Source: Eledone cirrhosa (lineage: Eukaryota). Taken from it: a stretch of DNA of 64,000 bases. The position numbers and the translations under genes were made by a program. The stretch is from contig OZ024743.1 of the NCBI GenBank assembly GCA_964016885.1, positions 75,950,001 through 76,014,000 of the forward strand, given 5' to 3'. Below the pieces are notes generated by a model. The model was not told where the DNA came from and made no database searches. It saw only the letters and a list, made by a program, of their open reading frames with translations. Of the stretch, positions 11,328-24,431 are shown piece by piece. Each line of letters opens with the position of its first letter. Positions within the stretch are counted from its first letter, which is position 1.

Positions 11328-12757
11328 TTAATTGTAAGTTGTGATGTTGCTGTTCCACTCATGTTTTCTATTTAATTTTGGTTGTAATTCATTTATGTTT
11401 ATTGCCTCTGTGATTTGTCTAAACATTGCGTCTTTTCTGTGTGTAGATTCTATTTTTATTTCTATGTTCTCTAATTTACCCTTATGTTCTATTTTAGCAT
11501 GTTGGTAGAGTACAGATGATTCTTTACTATCTTGAAGGTCTCGCTAGTGTTCATTTATCCGTTCCCCTATACTACGAGCTGTCTCACCTATGTACACTAT
11601 ATTTTTATCTCTACATTGTCCTTCAGTACATCTTATGCTATATACTACATTTCTAATTTTACAGTTAATATGGGGGCTTAATTTACAGATTATACATTTC
11701 TTATCTATACAGGGAGGTCTTTGAAAAGGTTATGTCTTGCTAATAAGTGTTTTTATGGAGGTACCTGGTCTTTCTACTATCTTAATATTGAGTTTATGTT
11801 TATCTAGGGCCCTTCTAAATTTGTAAGCTAATTCACCTCTAGGGGTTGTATCGATGAACATTACACTCTGGTATTTATTGCTCTCATACCATGAGTTTAT
11901 TCTATTAGCCTTATTCCTAGTTCTTTCTATTCTATTCCAAAATGTGCTCCTATACAAGGGGCAGGTCCCATTTGTGTCATTATTAACCATTTTTTCCCAT
12001 TTGGTTCTGGCTCCTCTATACACTCTGATTTTATCTCTCTGATTGTAACCAGAGAACTGCATACGGTGGATGAAGTGTTGTATGTGTCTCTCTAGTTCTT
12101 CGGGGTTGCACATGCGGGACACGTTTCTCATCACCCGTACCAAATCCGTAATGAGTATATTGATTTTGGTATGGTCCGAAACAGCTGAGTTTCGGTGGAT
12201 CAGATATTTGGAGGTCATGTGTTTGGAATAATGGGAATGGAGGATTTGTTTTTTGTTATTAATGGTATCTAACCAGAGCTCTGTGTCTAGTACAGGTAAT
12301 CGATGGTTGGGGTGTTTGCTTGGGTAGTCTATAGTAACTCTAATACTCTGGTGGATGGAATTAGCTATTTGCTGGATGCTTTCCATTGTGTTTTTCTCTA
12401 GTTCCTGACTGTTCTCTAGTGGGGGTGTTTTAACTACGATGTTTATATAATCAACGTAGCGGGAGTACATTATCAGGGTTAAGGGATCTTCTAATTGTTC
12501 TTTAAGTTTAAGTTTAAGTCTACTGTCCCACCATACCATGAATAAGTTAGCTATGTCCCCTGCAATGCTAACACCAATGGCTGCTCCCTCCTCTTGGGCA
12601 TATGTTTTTCCATTAAATTTGAACATATGTTCCTTAAGGGTTAATTTTATGCTGGCCCCCACCGCATGTGCAATCATTTTCTTTAGTTCATCGTGGTTTT
12701 CGGGGGTCCGTATGGCTCTGGTCCACCCGTTCCATCTATCTGTGTGGGTTTTCTTGG
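11328..12757 (-). pseudogene. PLE reverse transcriptase + GIY-YIG endonuclease, disrupted
   Basis: QEEGAAIGVSIAGDIANLFM, YSRYVDY (catalytic YVDD mutated), LPVLD, HYSK, a stop at 11730, then CIIC...NVVYSIRC...YIGETARSIGERINEH*...RQITEA...LN. Confidence 0.85.
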
Positions 12758-13237
12758 CCATATTAACTGTAAAACTAGAAATGTAGTATATAGCATAAGA
12801 TGTACTGAAGGACAATGTAGAGATAAAAATATAGTGTACATATGTGAGACAGCTCGTAGTATAGGGGAACGGATAAATGAACACTAGCGAAACCTTCAAG
12901 ATAGTAAAGAATCATCTGTACTCTACCAACATGCTAAAATAGAACATAAGGGTAAATTAGAGAACATAGAAATAAAAATAGAATCTACACACAGAAAAGA
13001 CGCAATGTTTAGACAAATCACAGAGGCAATAAACATAAATGAATTACAACCAAAATTAAATAGAAAACATGAGTGGAACAGCAACATCACAACTTACAAT
13101 TAAGGACAAAATGAAAACACACACAGACACCCGTATGTAACACATGCGCAAACTAAGCACACAACACACACACAAAAAGAAGATGGCGTAGGACAGAACA
13201 AAGGAGAGGCACAAAAAACAAAGAAAAGAACCCCCCA

Positions 13238-13280
13238 GTCACTGAAGAGGTCACAGAATGTGTGACGAAAGAACTTTGAC
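13238..13280 (+). ncRNA. Type I hammerhead ribozyme, inverted-arm copy
   Basis: gtcaCTGAAGAggtcacagaatgtgtgacGAAAgaactttgac, same as 11086-11128. Confidence 0.8.
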
Positions 13281-13654
13281 AATATATAAACAACCATCTG
13301 GTTGTGGAACCAACCAACCAACCTGAAATTTATAAATTCCTAAATTTATAATGGCACAAGTAATTGAAATTGAAAAGTTATACATATAGGTATTAAATTC
13401 AAACATTCTAACGATCTTGAAACTAGAAATCCCAGCTGGGGGCACAAATAAATTGCTACGGCTGTCGTAAGGTGGGGGCCTCCACTACACGGGACATGGG
13501 GTAATTGCCCCCTTTGCCCACTTCCATTAAATCTGTATGTGTGTGTGTGTGACAGCTCACACCTATGCAGATTTAGCTGGCCTCCTCCAAGGTATATCTC
13601 GTTGGATGTGTCTTGGGTGATTTAATGATAGGGACCCCAGTCCTATCATCTCAT

Positions 13655-13785
13655 TTCTATAGCTGAGTAAACTGGAGCAACGTGAAATAAAGTGTCTTGC
13701 TCGAGGAAACAACATATCACTTGGTCCGAGAATTGAACTCACGACCTTTCGATTGCAAGCCCAATGCTCTAACCACTAAGCCATG
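13655..13785 (-). mobile_element. CORE-type tRNA SINE fragment
   Basis: On the minus strand, a tRNA-like head followed by cc(t/tc)gagcaagacactttatttcacgttgctccag. Same family at 24432, 31880 and 39670. Confidence 0.7.
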
Positions 13786-14336
13786 GGTGTATGTGTTGAG
13801 ATGTATGCGTTTTCATACTGGGTATAGATATACATAAGGGTCTCCTTTTGGACGTGAAAATAGGACATATTCACACACATGGCTAGGACATATTCACACA
13901 CATTGTGCACACAAATATACAGTCATTGTTATATCACATATACACCATATATACATAAATGTACGAACATAAATATACACATACATACATGTATATATAT
14001 ATTTTCATCTATGTATCGAAATAATTACTACTGTATGGGATTCCATAGGAAGAGAGACAGGAAATTAAATTTTAATACGATTCCATCCCATAGATAATCG
14101 CAAAACACACACACACACACCCACACGCACACGCACACGCACACACACACACATACACACATGCACATACACACACATGCACACACACACTCACACACAC
14201 ACATACACACATGAACACACACACATGTACACACACACATGCACACATACACATACACACATGCACACACAAACATACGCAAACATACACACACATACAC
14301 ACAAATACACACGCACACATACACACGGGTAACCGG

Positions 14337-16073
14337 AACTGTATGTTTTCAGTTATATGTGTACTCGTGCATATCTTTCTGTAACTATATATGTATATAT
14401 GCAGTTATTACATACTGAATTTCTGTAATGTTTTACATATTTTTACAGTTCCATTAATGGACTGTACTTGCAACTTCCTAACTAGTCACGTCCTTTCTGG
14501 TTATGGGAACCTCAGCTTCTCAAGATTTGTACTGAGGACGTCAGTAACAAATCTCAGAGCCCCAATAATCACAGGTATAAATCTGGTATAGTCAGGCTGG
14601 AGTATCTGCAGATTCCTCAGTTCAGCATATATGACCTTTTCGCTAATCTTTAATATTATATTGCCATCTGTTGGGCAGCTAACTTCCACTACTGTACATG
14701 TCTTCATTTCTCTGTCCAATATCAATATATCTGGTCTGTTGTGTTTTCATTTTATTGGGGCTTTTACTGGAACATTCCACCAGTACTCTGATATATTATG
14801 TATATGTATTGTCTTCCGCGTTGCTGTAGCCTTTAATATGTTTACTGTTCGGGCTATCTTTTCTACGGATTGCATTGTACAGTGTTTTGGCCTCTACATC
14901 ATGCCTCATAGGTAGATAGTACCGTGATGACATCTTTAGACAGCTGCTTATGACATGGGGGACATCAATTTTTATTCTGCAGAATCTGTATTTGTTGTCA
15001 CATCTAGGAGTTTTGCCTGCATCCCTATCTCTTTTGTGAATCAGGGATTTTGTTATTATTTCCAGTTCTTGGATTACAAAAGCATATCCTTCAAAGTGAG
15101 AGCTAATATATCAGTTGTTGGTCCAAGATAGACTACTTTGCTTATCTATATTACTCTCACTTTGAAACTTTCTCACAACAAAGTCATGCATAGCTTTTTT
15201 GCTGATAAGCCTGCAGTTTTTCATCCGTGGATTCACTGCGGTATTACTGCGTAATTTCCTTGTGTGAGAGGTTTTGGCTATCATTCAGGGAGTATTTCTC
15301 AAGAAGCTACTTCTCAATCTAAACTATAATAAAGTAAGGAGTGCGGGACTGCGTACGGTTTATAATTTTTTTTATCCCATTAGTAAAATAAGTTGGATTA
15401 CTTTGAATAAATAATGAATGAATATTACATAATTTATCTACTAAATTTCGTAGCTGTTGATTAAATATATTTTATTGTTTATTTAAAGATTCACTTTAAA
15501 ATTTTCATATGTCAACACTTCCGGTTAGCGATCGCTTAAATAAACATTCATATATTTCCGTCACTAATTTTCTCCTAATGCAGTTTATATATAATATTGT
15601 CTTTTTAATGTATCATGGATTACGTTACTGACTACATAAGACAGTGTAACGCAGTCTTCGTTCAATTTCTGTGTATATTGTCAATAGCGATTTTATTTGA
15701 TATATCATATCTACATGCATATATACTTGCGTATAACATCAATATGTACACTACACATGCTAGAAGAAAACCACGCGAAAGGTGGTTTTTCTGCTAGTTC
15801 TCATAATGTCATCTGTCTCATTTAGACAGACTTGTCCTATGGATGGGTTTCAATGTTTGGTTGTTTGTAGATGTTGTCAGAGGAATATGATGTGACACTC
15901 AAATACTGTCTGGATTGATGTTAAGGCTCTGTTTCCCTGTTTACATTTTAGGTAGTGGTGGTCTATGTCACCGTTGATGTGGAAGTTTCCGGTGTTGTTT
16001 AGAATGTTTCAAGTTTTAACATCAATAGATCGGATCTCATCTGGCGTCCAGTCAAGTAGTCCAAATGTTGGTA
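14337..16073 (-). mobile_element. R4/Dong-type LINE, decayed 3' half, interrupted by a Helitron
   Basis: PTFGLLDWTPDEIRSIDVKT..TGNFH (16073-15800), EGYAFVIQELEI, HVISSC..MSSRYYLPMRHDV, YWWNVP, RPDILILD..CTVVEVSCP (PD-(D/E)xK RLE). Confidence 0.8.
15318..15797 (+). mobile_element. Non-autonomous Helitron
   Basis: Starts A|TC and ends CTAG|T, with a subterminal hairpin aaaaccac-gcgaaag-gtggtttt. It interrupts the Dong homology. Confidence 0.65.
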
Positions 16074-16183
16074 TTAGTATGTATGTATATATATATATGT
16101 ATATATATATATCTGATTTTTGCGTTTCGTTTCGCCTTTTCTACCCGCCGAAATGCGATTCTCGCTGAATCTATATTTGTATG

Positions 16184-16217
<34 letters not shown>

Positions 16218-16235
16218 TGTATGTATGTGTGTATA

Positions 16236-16271
<36 letters not shown>

Positions 16272-16277
16272 TGTATG

Positions 16278-16303
<26 letters not shown>

Positions 16304-16308
<5 letters not shown>

Positions 16309-17431
16309 TGCATTTTCTGACGCTTGCACTGCCCTGGGTTTGACTGTCAGTCTCAAGAAAACCGTCGTCATGTACCAACCTGCCCATGGTAAGCAGTACA
16401 CTGAACCAAACATCTATGTGTATGGCAAACGACTTGGAGTGGTTGATCAGTTTGTCTACCTGGGAAGCACTGTCAATCGATACGGCAACCTTGACAGTGA
16501 AATCTCACTTAGGATTAGGAAAGCAAGTAATGCTTTCGGAAGGCTAGAAAGGCGACTCTGGGGTCGGCGAGACATATGCAGGAGGACAAAGGTAAAGGTG
16601 TACAGGGCATGTGTACTCTCTTGTCTTCTTTATGCCTGCGAGACCTGGGTCACATATCGACGCCACCTTAAGCAATTGGAGCGTTTCCATCAGATGTGTC
16701 TCAGACGGATCCATGGCGTTCACTGGAGGGACCACATCAGTGATGTCGAGATTTTGGAAAGCTCTATGTGTGACAGTATAGAAGCTCTTGTGCTTAAGCA
16801 ACGACTCCGTTGGAGTGGTCACCTTGCCAGGATGAAGGATTCTAGAATACCAAAACAACTCTTCTATGGAGAGTTGGTTAAAGGAAAACGACCGCCACAT
16901 AAACCAAAAAAGAGGTATAAGGATTCCTTGAAAGCCTCTCTGAAAGACGCTAACATCTCTGCTGATACATGGGAAAATATTGCTGCTGATCGTAATAAAT
17001 GGAGAAAGACTGTATATGAGGGAAAAGTTGCCTTTGAGGCATCTTGAATCGCACACGAGAAAGTAAAGCCGGACGTGAGGAAGGGCATTGCTGTTGCACT
17101 TCCAGACGGCGTGGGTCCTCCTATGGTGCTGACATGCAGCGTCTGTGCGAGACTCTGCCTAAGCAAAGCTGGACTCGAAAGTCATCTTCGCAGTCATAAA
17201 GTAAGACCAGTGGTTGACTACCAGGCTGCTGTTGGAGATGCTACTCATCATGCTTGCCAAACATGTGGTAGAGAATGTAAATCAGCAGGAGGGCTCAAGC
17301 GACATGCAAAAGTACACGAACTCCAACCACAGCCGACTATTCCCAGTGAATGTTTTGGTTGCCGACTCTGCGCAAGACATTTTAGATCATTGGCTGAGCT
17401 AAAAAGCCACATTCGATCGCAGCACTGTTAG
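16304..17431 (+). mobile_element. RTE-clade LINE, 5'-truncated: RT C-terminus + three C2H2 zinc fingers
   Basis: [61 protein letters not shown]. In-frame TGA at 17045-17047, then three CxxC...HxxxH fingers to the stop at 17431. Confidence 0.9.
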
Positions 17432-17440
17432 TTGCTATCG

Positions 17441-17489
<49 letters not shown>

Positions 17490-17568
17490 GCTTATGTGCG
17501 TGCGTGTGTGTGTATATATATATGGATATGTATATTATTATTGTTGTTGTCGTTATTATTATTATTGC

Positions 17569-17617
<49 letters not shown>

Positions 17618-17685
17618 GTTATTAATGTATGTGTGTGTATATGTGTGAGTGTATGTGTATGTATGTGTGTATGTATATATGTATG

Positions 17686-17784
<99 letters not shown>

Positions 17785-17834
17785 ATTATTATTATTATTT
17801 TTTTTTTATTTTATTTTATTTTATTTTATTTTTT

Positions 17835-17865
<31 letters not shown>

Positions 17866-17889
17866 TTTTTTATTTATTTTTTATTTTCT

Positions 17890-17930
17890 TGTGCAATGGC
17901 CATACTCGATAACGAGGGGGCAGCCATCAT
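17890..17930 (+). mobile_element. RTE 3' tail (family 2 type)
   Basis: gtgcaatggccatactcgataacgagggggcagccatc followed by (ATGT)n. Confidence 0.6.
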
Positions 17931-17942
17931 GTATGTATGTAT

Positions 17943-18310
17943 GTTCTTCTGGTTTTATAATTTCACAAAGTTTTCCCAATAGAGAGAGAGTCGGTTTCTA
18001 ACATAGACACAAGACTCTCTCATTGGAATTTACACAACATCAACTAGGTAGATATGTATGTATGCATGTGTAGATATGGATATTATTGTATGTGTGGGTG
18101 TGGATGTTTTGAGTTTTATGTGTGCATGTGTATATGCTTTGTATCTGTACATGTGTATATGCAGTGATTAGATGCACAATTTTTGGAATGTTTTACATAT
18201 TTTTACTGTTCCATTAATGGATTGTACTTGTAATTTCCTGACTAGTTGTGTTCTTTCTGTTCCTGTGAAGCCTAGCTTCTCAAGATTTGTATTGAGGCAG
18301 TAACTAACAT
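17943..18310 (-). mobile_element. R4/Dong-type LINE 3' fragment
   Basis: Homologous to 7817-8170 and 51330-51680; embedded in (TATG)n. Confidence 0.75.
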
Positions 18311-18521
18311 GTATGTATGTATGTATGTATGTATGTATGTATGTATGTATGTATGTATGTATGTATGTATGTATGTATGTATGTATTTACGTATGTATGT
18401 ATATATGTATGTTCTTCTGGTTTTATAAAATTAAATTAAGGGTGTCATGTCTGAGAAACATGCGCCATAACCTCTGTAGAATATGCTCATAGATTCCAAT
18501 GAATAGATCCGAGCATTTATT

Positions 18522-19108
<587 letters not shown>

Positions 19109-19289
19109 TATATATATATATATATATATATATAAGCAAGATGTAAGGTAGGTCGTATGTGAATCGCGATGATCACGCCTGACCTACCAAATATGCGACG
19201 GTAGCTAGTTAAGCTCTATGCGTATACGCAGAGCAGAAATATTAATGAAAAAGAACAAAGGAACTATTATGACATTATAACAAGTTTAT

Positions 19290-19335
19290 TGCCGACAGCC
19301 GTTTCGTCCGACCATATGGGGGACTTTTCAAGGCA
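19290..19335 (-). ncRNA. Variant hammerhead ribozyme (U3-A8 core)
   Basis: ugcc UUGAAAA gucc cccauaugguc ggac GAAAC ggcu GUC ggca on the minus strand. Confidence 0.7.
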
Positions 19336-21802
19336 TATAACAGGTGATTGTAAGTTCATTATTTACATCAACATTTCACTCAAGATTAGCAGTTTGAAAT
19401 TGTGGTATACATCAACAGCTCCGCTTGTATATTTGGGGTCTATATTCTAAGGGGGCTCTTTTATATTAGTTGTCGGAGTTGTAAAATGGATGGGTTATAG
19501 GGAGTTAAGAGAATTTGAAAAGGGCCTAAGAGTCAGGGATTGAAGGTTAAATTAGAGATTTTATAATTTACGCATTAAAAGTAAAAGACTTGGGATCTCG
19601 TAGAAGCACCTTAAAAAATCCCTCAATAAGTGCATAAAGCTTATAAGCCCCAATAAACCTAACAAACCAGAAGATATTAAGAGACTAAAAAAATAAAAAA
19701 AAATAAAAAAAAATAAAAAAATAAAAATATAAAGTTTCCTAAAAAAATATAAAGTTTCCTAAAAAATTCCTTCAAAAGAAAAAAAATTTTTCCTAAGAGA
19801 TCACGTTAAAAAATTTCAGAAAATTTACGAAGTTTTGATAATCCTACTAAAGTTCTAAACTCAGAAATTAAAAATTAAAAATTAAAAATTAGGGAAAAGA
19901 GCTTTCAATAAGATTTAACAGGTTAATAAAGTTAATGATTTAGGGAGTACATATTATAAATATTAAGATTTAATTTAAGATTTGAATTTTAAGAGTTCCA
20001 AATCCCGAAATTAAAAAATATAATGAATTTAAGATTAAGCAATCTTATATATCCATGATTAAAAATTAACGATTAAGGGGTTGAACATTAAATTTAATTT
20101 TAAAAATTAAGAAATAAATAGTTGAAAGAAACTAATCAATTAAAGGTTAATTCAAAAAGCCTTCAAAAAATCCCTCAGAAAAAGCCCCTTTAATATTTTT
20201 TATAAGAACCTCTTCCGGGAGACCCTTCCAAGAATTAAAATTTTAGAGAGCCTTTAAAGATATATATAAACGAATTGAGGAAAATTACAAATTAAAAGTT
20301 AAAAATTGCGGGATTTGGGAGATCCGAGGAATTTTCAAAGGGTTGCTTCAACAGATACAACTTAGGTATAATAGATAAAGTAATTTAAGTAATTTAAGTA
20401 ATCTAATTAGGGAGCAATTCAAAGAGCTTATCAAGTTGGGCAAGATTAAAGAAAATGATAAGTAAGAAAATACATAAGCCAAAAGACAATAATTATAAAA
20501 TGTATTTTTAAGAAGGTATAAGGTAGCTTCAGTAATCTAATAATGTACTATCAAAAAATTATTATAAAATTATTGATATAGGATTAACAAAGACATAATA
20601 ATATATTCCTGCCTAATTAACAAACAATCAATAAACAATTAACAGTCAAGCAAAATTTGCTCAGGGATATCCCACGCTCGGATACTTTACACACATACAG
20701 CAACACATAGTATTAACAAAGACATAATGGTATATTCCTGCCTAATTAACAAACAATCAATAAACAATTAATAGTCAAGTAAATTTACTCAGGCATATCC
20801 CACGCACGGATACTTTACACACATACAGCAAGATGAACAATACAGGTGACCTTGTGGGTGCGATATCGCACCCACAAGGTCTATATATATCTTTAAAGGC
20901 TCTCTAAAATTTTAATTCTTAGAAGGGTCTCCCGGAAGAGGTTCTTATTAAAAATATTAAAGGGGCCTTTTCTGAGGGATTTTTTGAAGGCTTTTTGAAT
21001 TAACCTTTAATTGATTAGTTTCTTTCAACTATTTATTTCTTAATTTTTAAAATTAAATTTAATGTTCAACCCCTTAATCGTTAATTTTTAATCATGGATA
21101 TATAAGATTGCTTAATCTTAAATTCATTATATTTTTTAATTTCGGGATTTGGAACTCTTAAAATTCAAATCCTAAATTAAATCTTAATATTTATAATATG
21201 TACTCCCTAAATCATTAACTTTATTAACCTGTTAAATCTTATTGAAAGCTCTTTTCCCTAATTTTTAATTTTTAATTTTTAATTTCTGAGTTTAGAACTT
21301 TAGTAGGATTATCAAAACTTCGTAAATTTTCTGAAATTTTTTAACGTGATCTCTTAGAAAATTTTTTTTTTCTTTTGAAGGAATTTTTTAGGAAACTTTA
21401 TATTTTTTTAGGAAACTTTATATTTTTATTTTTTTATTTTTTTAATTTTTTAGTCTCTTAATATCTTCTGGTTTGTTAGGTTTATTGGGGCTTATAAGCT
21501 TTATGCACTTATTGAGGGATTTTTTAAGGTGCTTCTACGAGATCCCAAGTCTTTTACTTTTAATGCGTAAATTATAAAATCTCTAATTTAACCTTCAATC
21601 CCTGACTCTTAGGCCCTTTTCAAATTCTCTTAACTCCCTATAACCCATCCATTTTACAACTCCGACAACTAATATAAAAGAGCCCCCTTAGAATATAGAC
21701 CCCAAATATACAAGCGGAGCTGTTGATGTATACCACAATTTCAAACTGCTAATCTTGAGTGAAACGTTGATGTAAATAATGAACTTACAATCACCTGTTA
21801 TA

Positions 21803-21849
21803 TGCCTTGAAAAGTCCCACCATATGGTCGGACGAAACGGCTGTCGGCA
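21803..21849 (+). ncRNA. Variant hammerhead ribozyme (U3-A8 core)
   Basis: tgcc TTGAAAA gtcc caccatatggtc ggac GAAAC ggct GTC ggca; stems I, II and III all form, and aataaa overlaps the 3' end. Confidence 0.7.
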
Positions 21850-21893
21850 ATAAACTTGTTATAATGTCATAATAGTTCTTTTATTCTTTTTCA

Positions 21894-21943
<50 letters not shown>

Positions 21944-22102
21944 TAACAGATGAAAGTTTAAGCAAAGAATCGGTGCTTTCACCCTTAACGGGATCTCCTG
22001 AAACTAAAAATATGAATCTGTGGACGCAGAAGTAAATATTTTGAACAACGTTACAACCGAAGGAAAACAGGAAGATTTAGTCTCCACATTTATTATTATT
22101 AC

Positions 22103-22192
<90 letters not shown>

Positions 22193-22198
<6 letters not shown>

Positions 22199-24244
22199 TG
22201 AAACAAAATGAAAACGAAATTTCATTTCTCACTCTTAGTATGGCACTTACTTAAATGTAAGTATGCATGTATACGTACATACATATATGTATACAGACGT
22301 ACAGTACCATGCACATATATATATACATATATACATACATATGCATACAGGTACACATACATATATGCACGTATCAGTTTAGCGGCGCTTATTATAACGT
22401 CGCTTTGTTCGTTTGTAAACAAACTGAACAGCTGAATTTATGCCATACGGTGTTAAGGCAACCACGTCACCTTTTTGTTCAACACTGACACAGGAACGAT
22501 GTACTAGTTTCAAGCTTGTTAGCTATCATCAGCACCGTTTACCCATCTGCCAGATAGTTGAACGTTCGAAAGTATATACTTTCCTTATGAAAATTAACGG
22601 CTGAGCAGCCTAATTTGCATATTGAGTGAGTTAAATCGGCCAGCATACCGAAAACGATAAATTGAAACAAAATGAAAACGAAATTTCATTTCTCACTCTT
22701 AGTATGGCACTTACTTAAATGTAAGTATGCATGTATACGTACATACATATATGTATACAGACGTACAGTAGCATGCACATATATATATATATATATATAC
22801 ATATATACATACATATGCATACAGGTACACATACATATATGCACGTATCAGTTTAGCGGCGCTTATTATAACGTCGCTTTGTTCGTTTGTAAACAAACTG
22901 AACAGCTGAATTTATGCCATACGGTGTTAAGGCAACCACGTCACCTTTTTGTTCAACACTGACACAGGAACGATGTACTAGTTTCAAGCTTGTTAGCTAT
23001 CATCAGCACCGTTTACCCATCTGCCAGATAGTTGAACGTTCGAAAGTATATACTTTCCTTATGAAAATTAACGGCTGAGCAGCCTAATTTGCATATTGAG
23101 TGAGTTAAATCGGCCAGCATACCGAAAACGATAAATTGAAACAAAATGAAAACGAAATTTCATTTCTCACTCTTAGTATGGCACTTACTTAAATGTAAGT
23201 ATGCATGTATACGTACATACATATATGTATACAGACGTACAGTAGCATGCACATATATATATATATATACATATATACATACATATGCATACAGGTACAC
23301 ATACATATATGCACGTATCAGTTTAGCGGCGCTTATTATAACGTCGCTTTGTTCGTTTGTAAACAAACTGACCAGCTGAATTTATGCCATACGGTGTTAA
23401 GGCAACCACGTCACCTTTTTGTTCAACACTGACACAGGAACGATGTACTAGTTTCAAGCTTGTTAGCTATCATCAGCACCGTTTACCCATCTGCCAGATA
23501 GTTGAACGTTCGAAAGTATATACTTTCCTTATGAAAATTAACGGCTGGGCAGCCTAATTTGCAGATTTAACTCACTCAATATGCAAATTAGGCTGCTCAG
23601 CCGTTAATTTTCATAAGGAAAGTATATACTTTCGAACGTTCAACTATCTGGCAGATGGGTAAACGGTGCTGATGATAGCTAACAAGCTTGAAACTAGTAC
23701 ATCGTTCCTGTGTCAGTGTTGAACAAAAAGGTGACGTGGTTGCCTTAACACCGTATGGCATAAATTCAGCTGTTCAGTTTGTTTACAAACGAACAAAGCG
23801 ACGTTATAATAAGCGCCGCTAAACTGATACGTGCATATATGTATGTGTACCTGTATGCATATGTATGTATATATGTATATATATATATATATATGTGCAT
23901 GCTACTGTACGTCTGTATACATATATGTATGTACGTATACATGCATACTTACATTTAAGTAAGTGCCATACTAAGAGTGAGAAATGAAATTTCGTTTTCA
24001 TTTTGTTTCAATTTATCGTTTTCGGTATGCTGGCCGATTTAACTCACTCAATATGCAAATTAGGCTGCTCAGCCGTTAATTTTCATAAGGAAAGTATATA
24101 CTTTCGAACGTTCAACTATCTGGCAGATGGGTAAACGGTGCTGATGATAGCTAACAAGCTTGAAACTAGTACATCGTTCCTGTGTCAGTGTTGAACAAAA
24201 AGGTGACGTGGTTGCCTTAACACCGTATGGCATAAATTCAGCTG
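22193..24244. repeat. ~470-bp satellite: ~3 direct units, then ~1.4 inverted units
   Basis: Units start near 22193, 22658 and 23131. Orientation flips at ~23563, and inverted copies run to ~24244. Confidence 0.9.
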
Positions 24245-24431
24245 TGTTGGATCAGGGATTTCCTGTATGTTGATAACATTTAATACTGTTACTGACGTAA
24301 TGTTGGTGTGGTTCTGTCTAGCCCTTCAGCTTGCTAGAAATAGCAGTTAAATGCCTCTAAAATGACACCTTACCGTCTTAGAAAAAGAAAGGACACACAC
24401 AGATATTTACATGTACATACACACTAATTGT

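Larger units (their letters stand above)
10933..13351 (-). mobile_element. Penelope-like element (family C), 5'-truncated, with inverted terminal copy
   Basis: RT plus C-terminal GIY-YIG on the minus strand. 12758-13351 is an inverted copy of ~11015-11673. The 3' end abuts (TA)n. Confidence 0.9.
19135..21897. mobile_element. Non-coding AT-rich element (family D) with ~1-kb inverted arms
   Basis: Arms ~19240-20267 and 20882-21897 are near-identical reverse complements. Bounded by (TA)n on both sides. No ORF of 60 aa or more in the track. Confidence 0.8.

Noticed and set aside
17045-17047. In-frame TGA as selenocysteine or programmed readthrough
   Set aside because: Context FEAS*IAH fits an Arg CGA>TGA CpG mutation; no SECIS identified.
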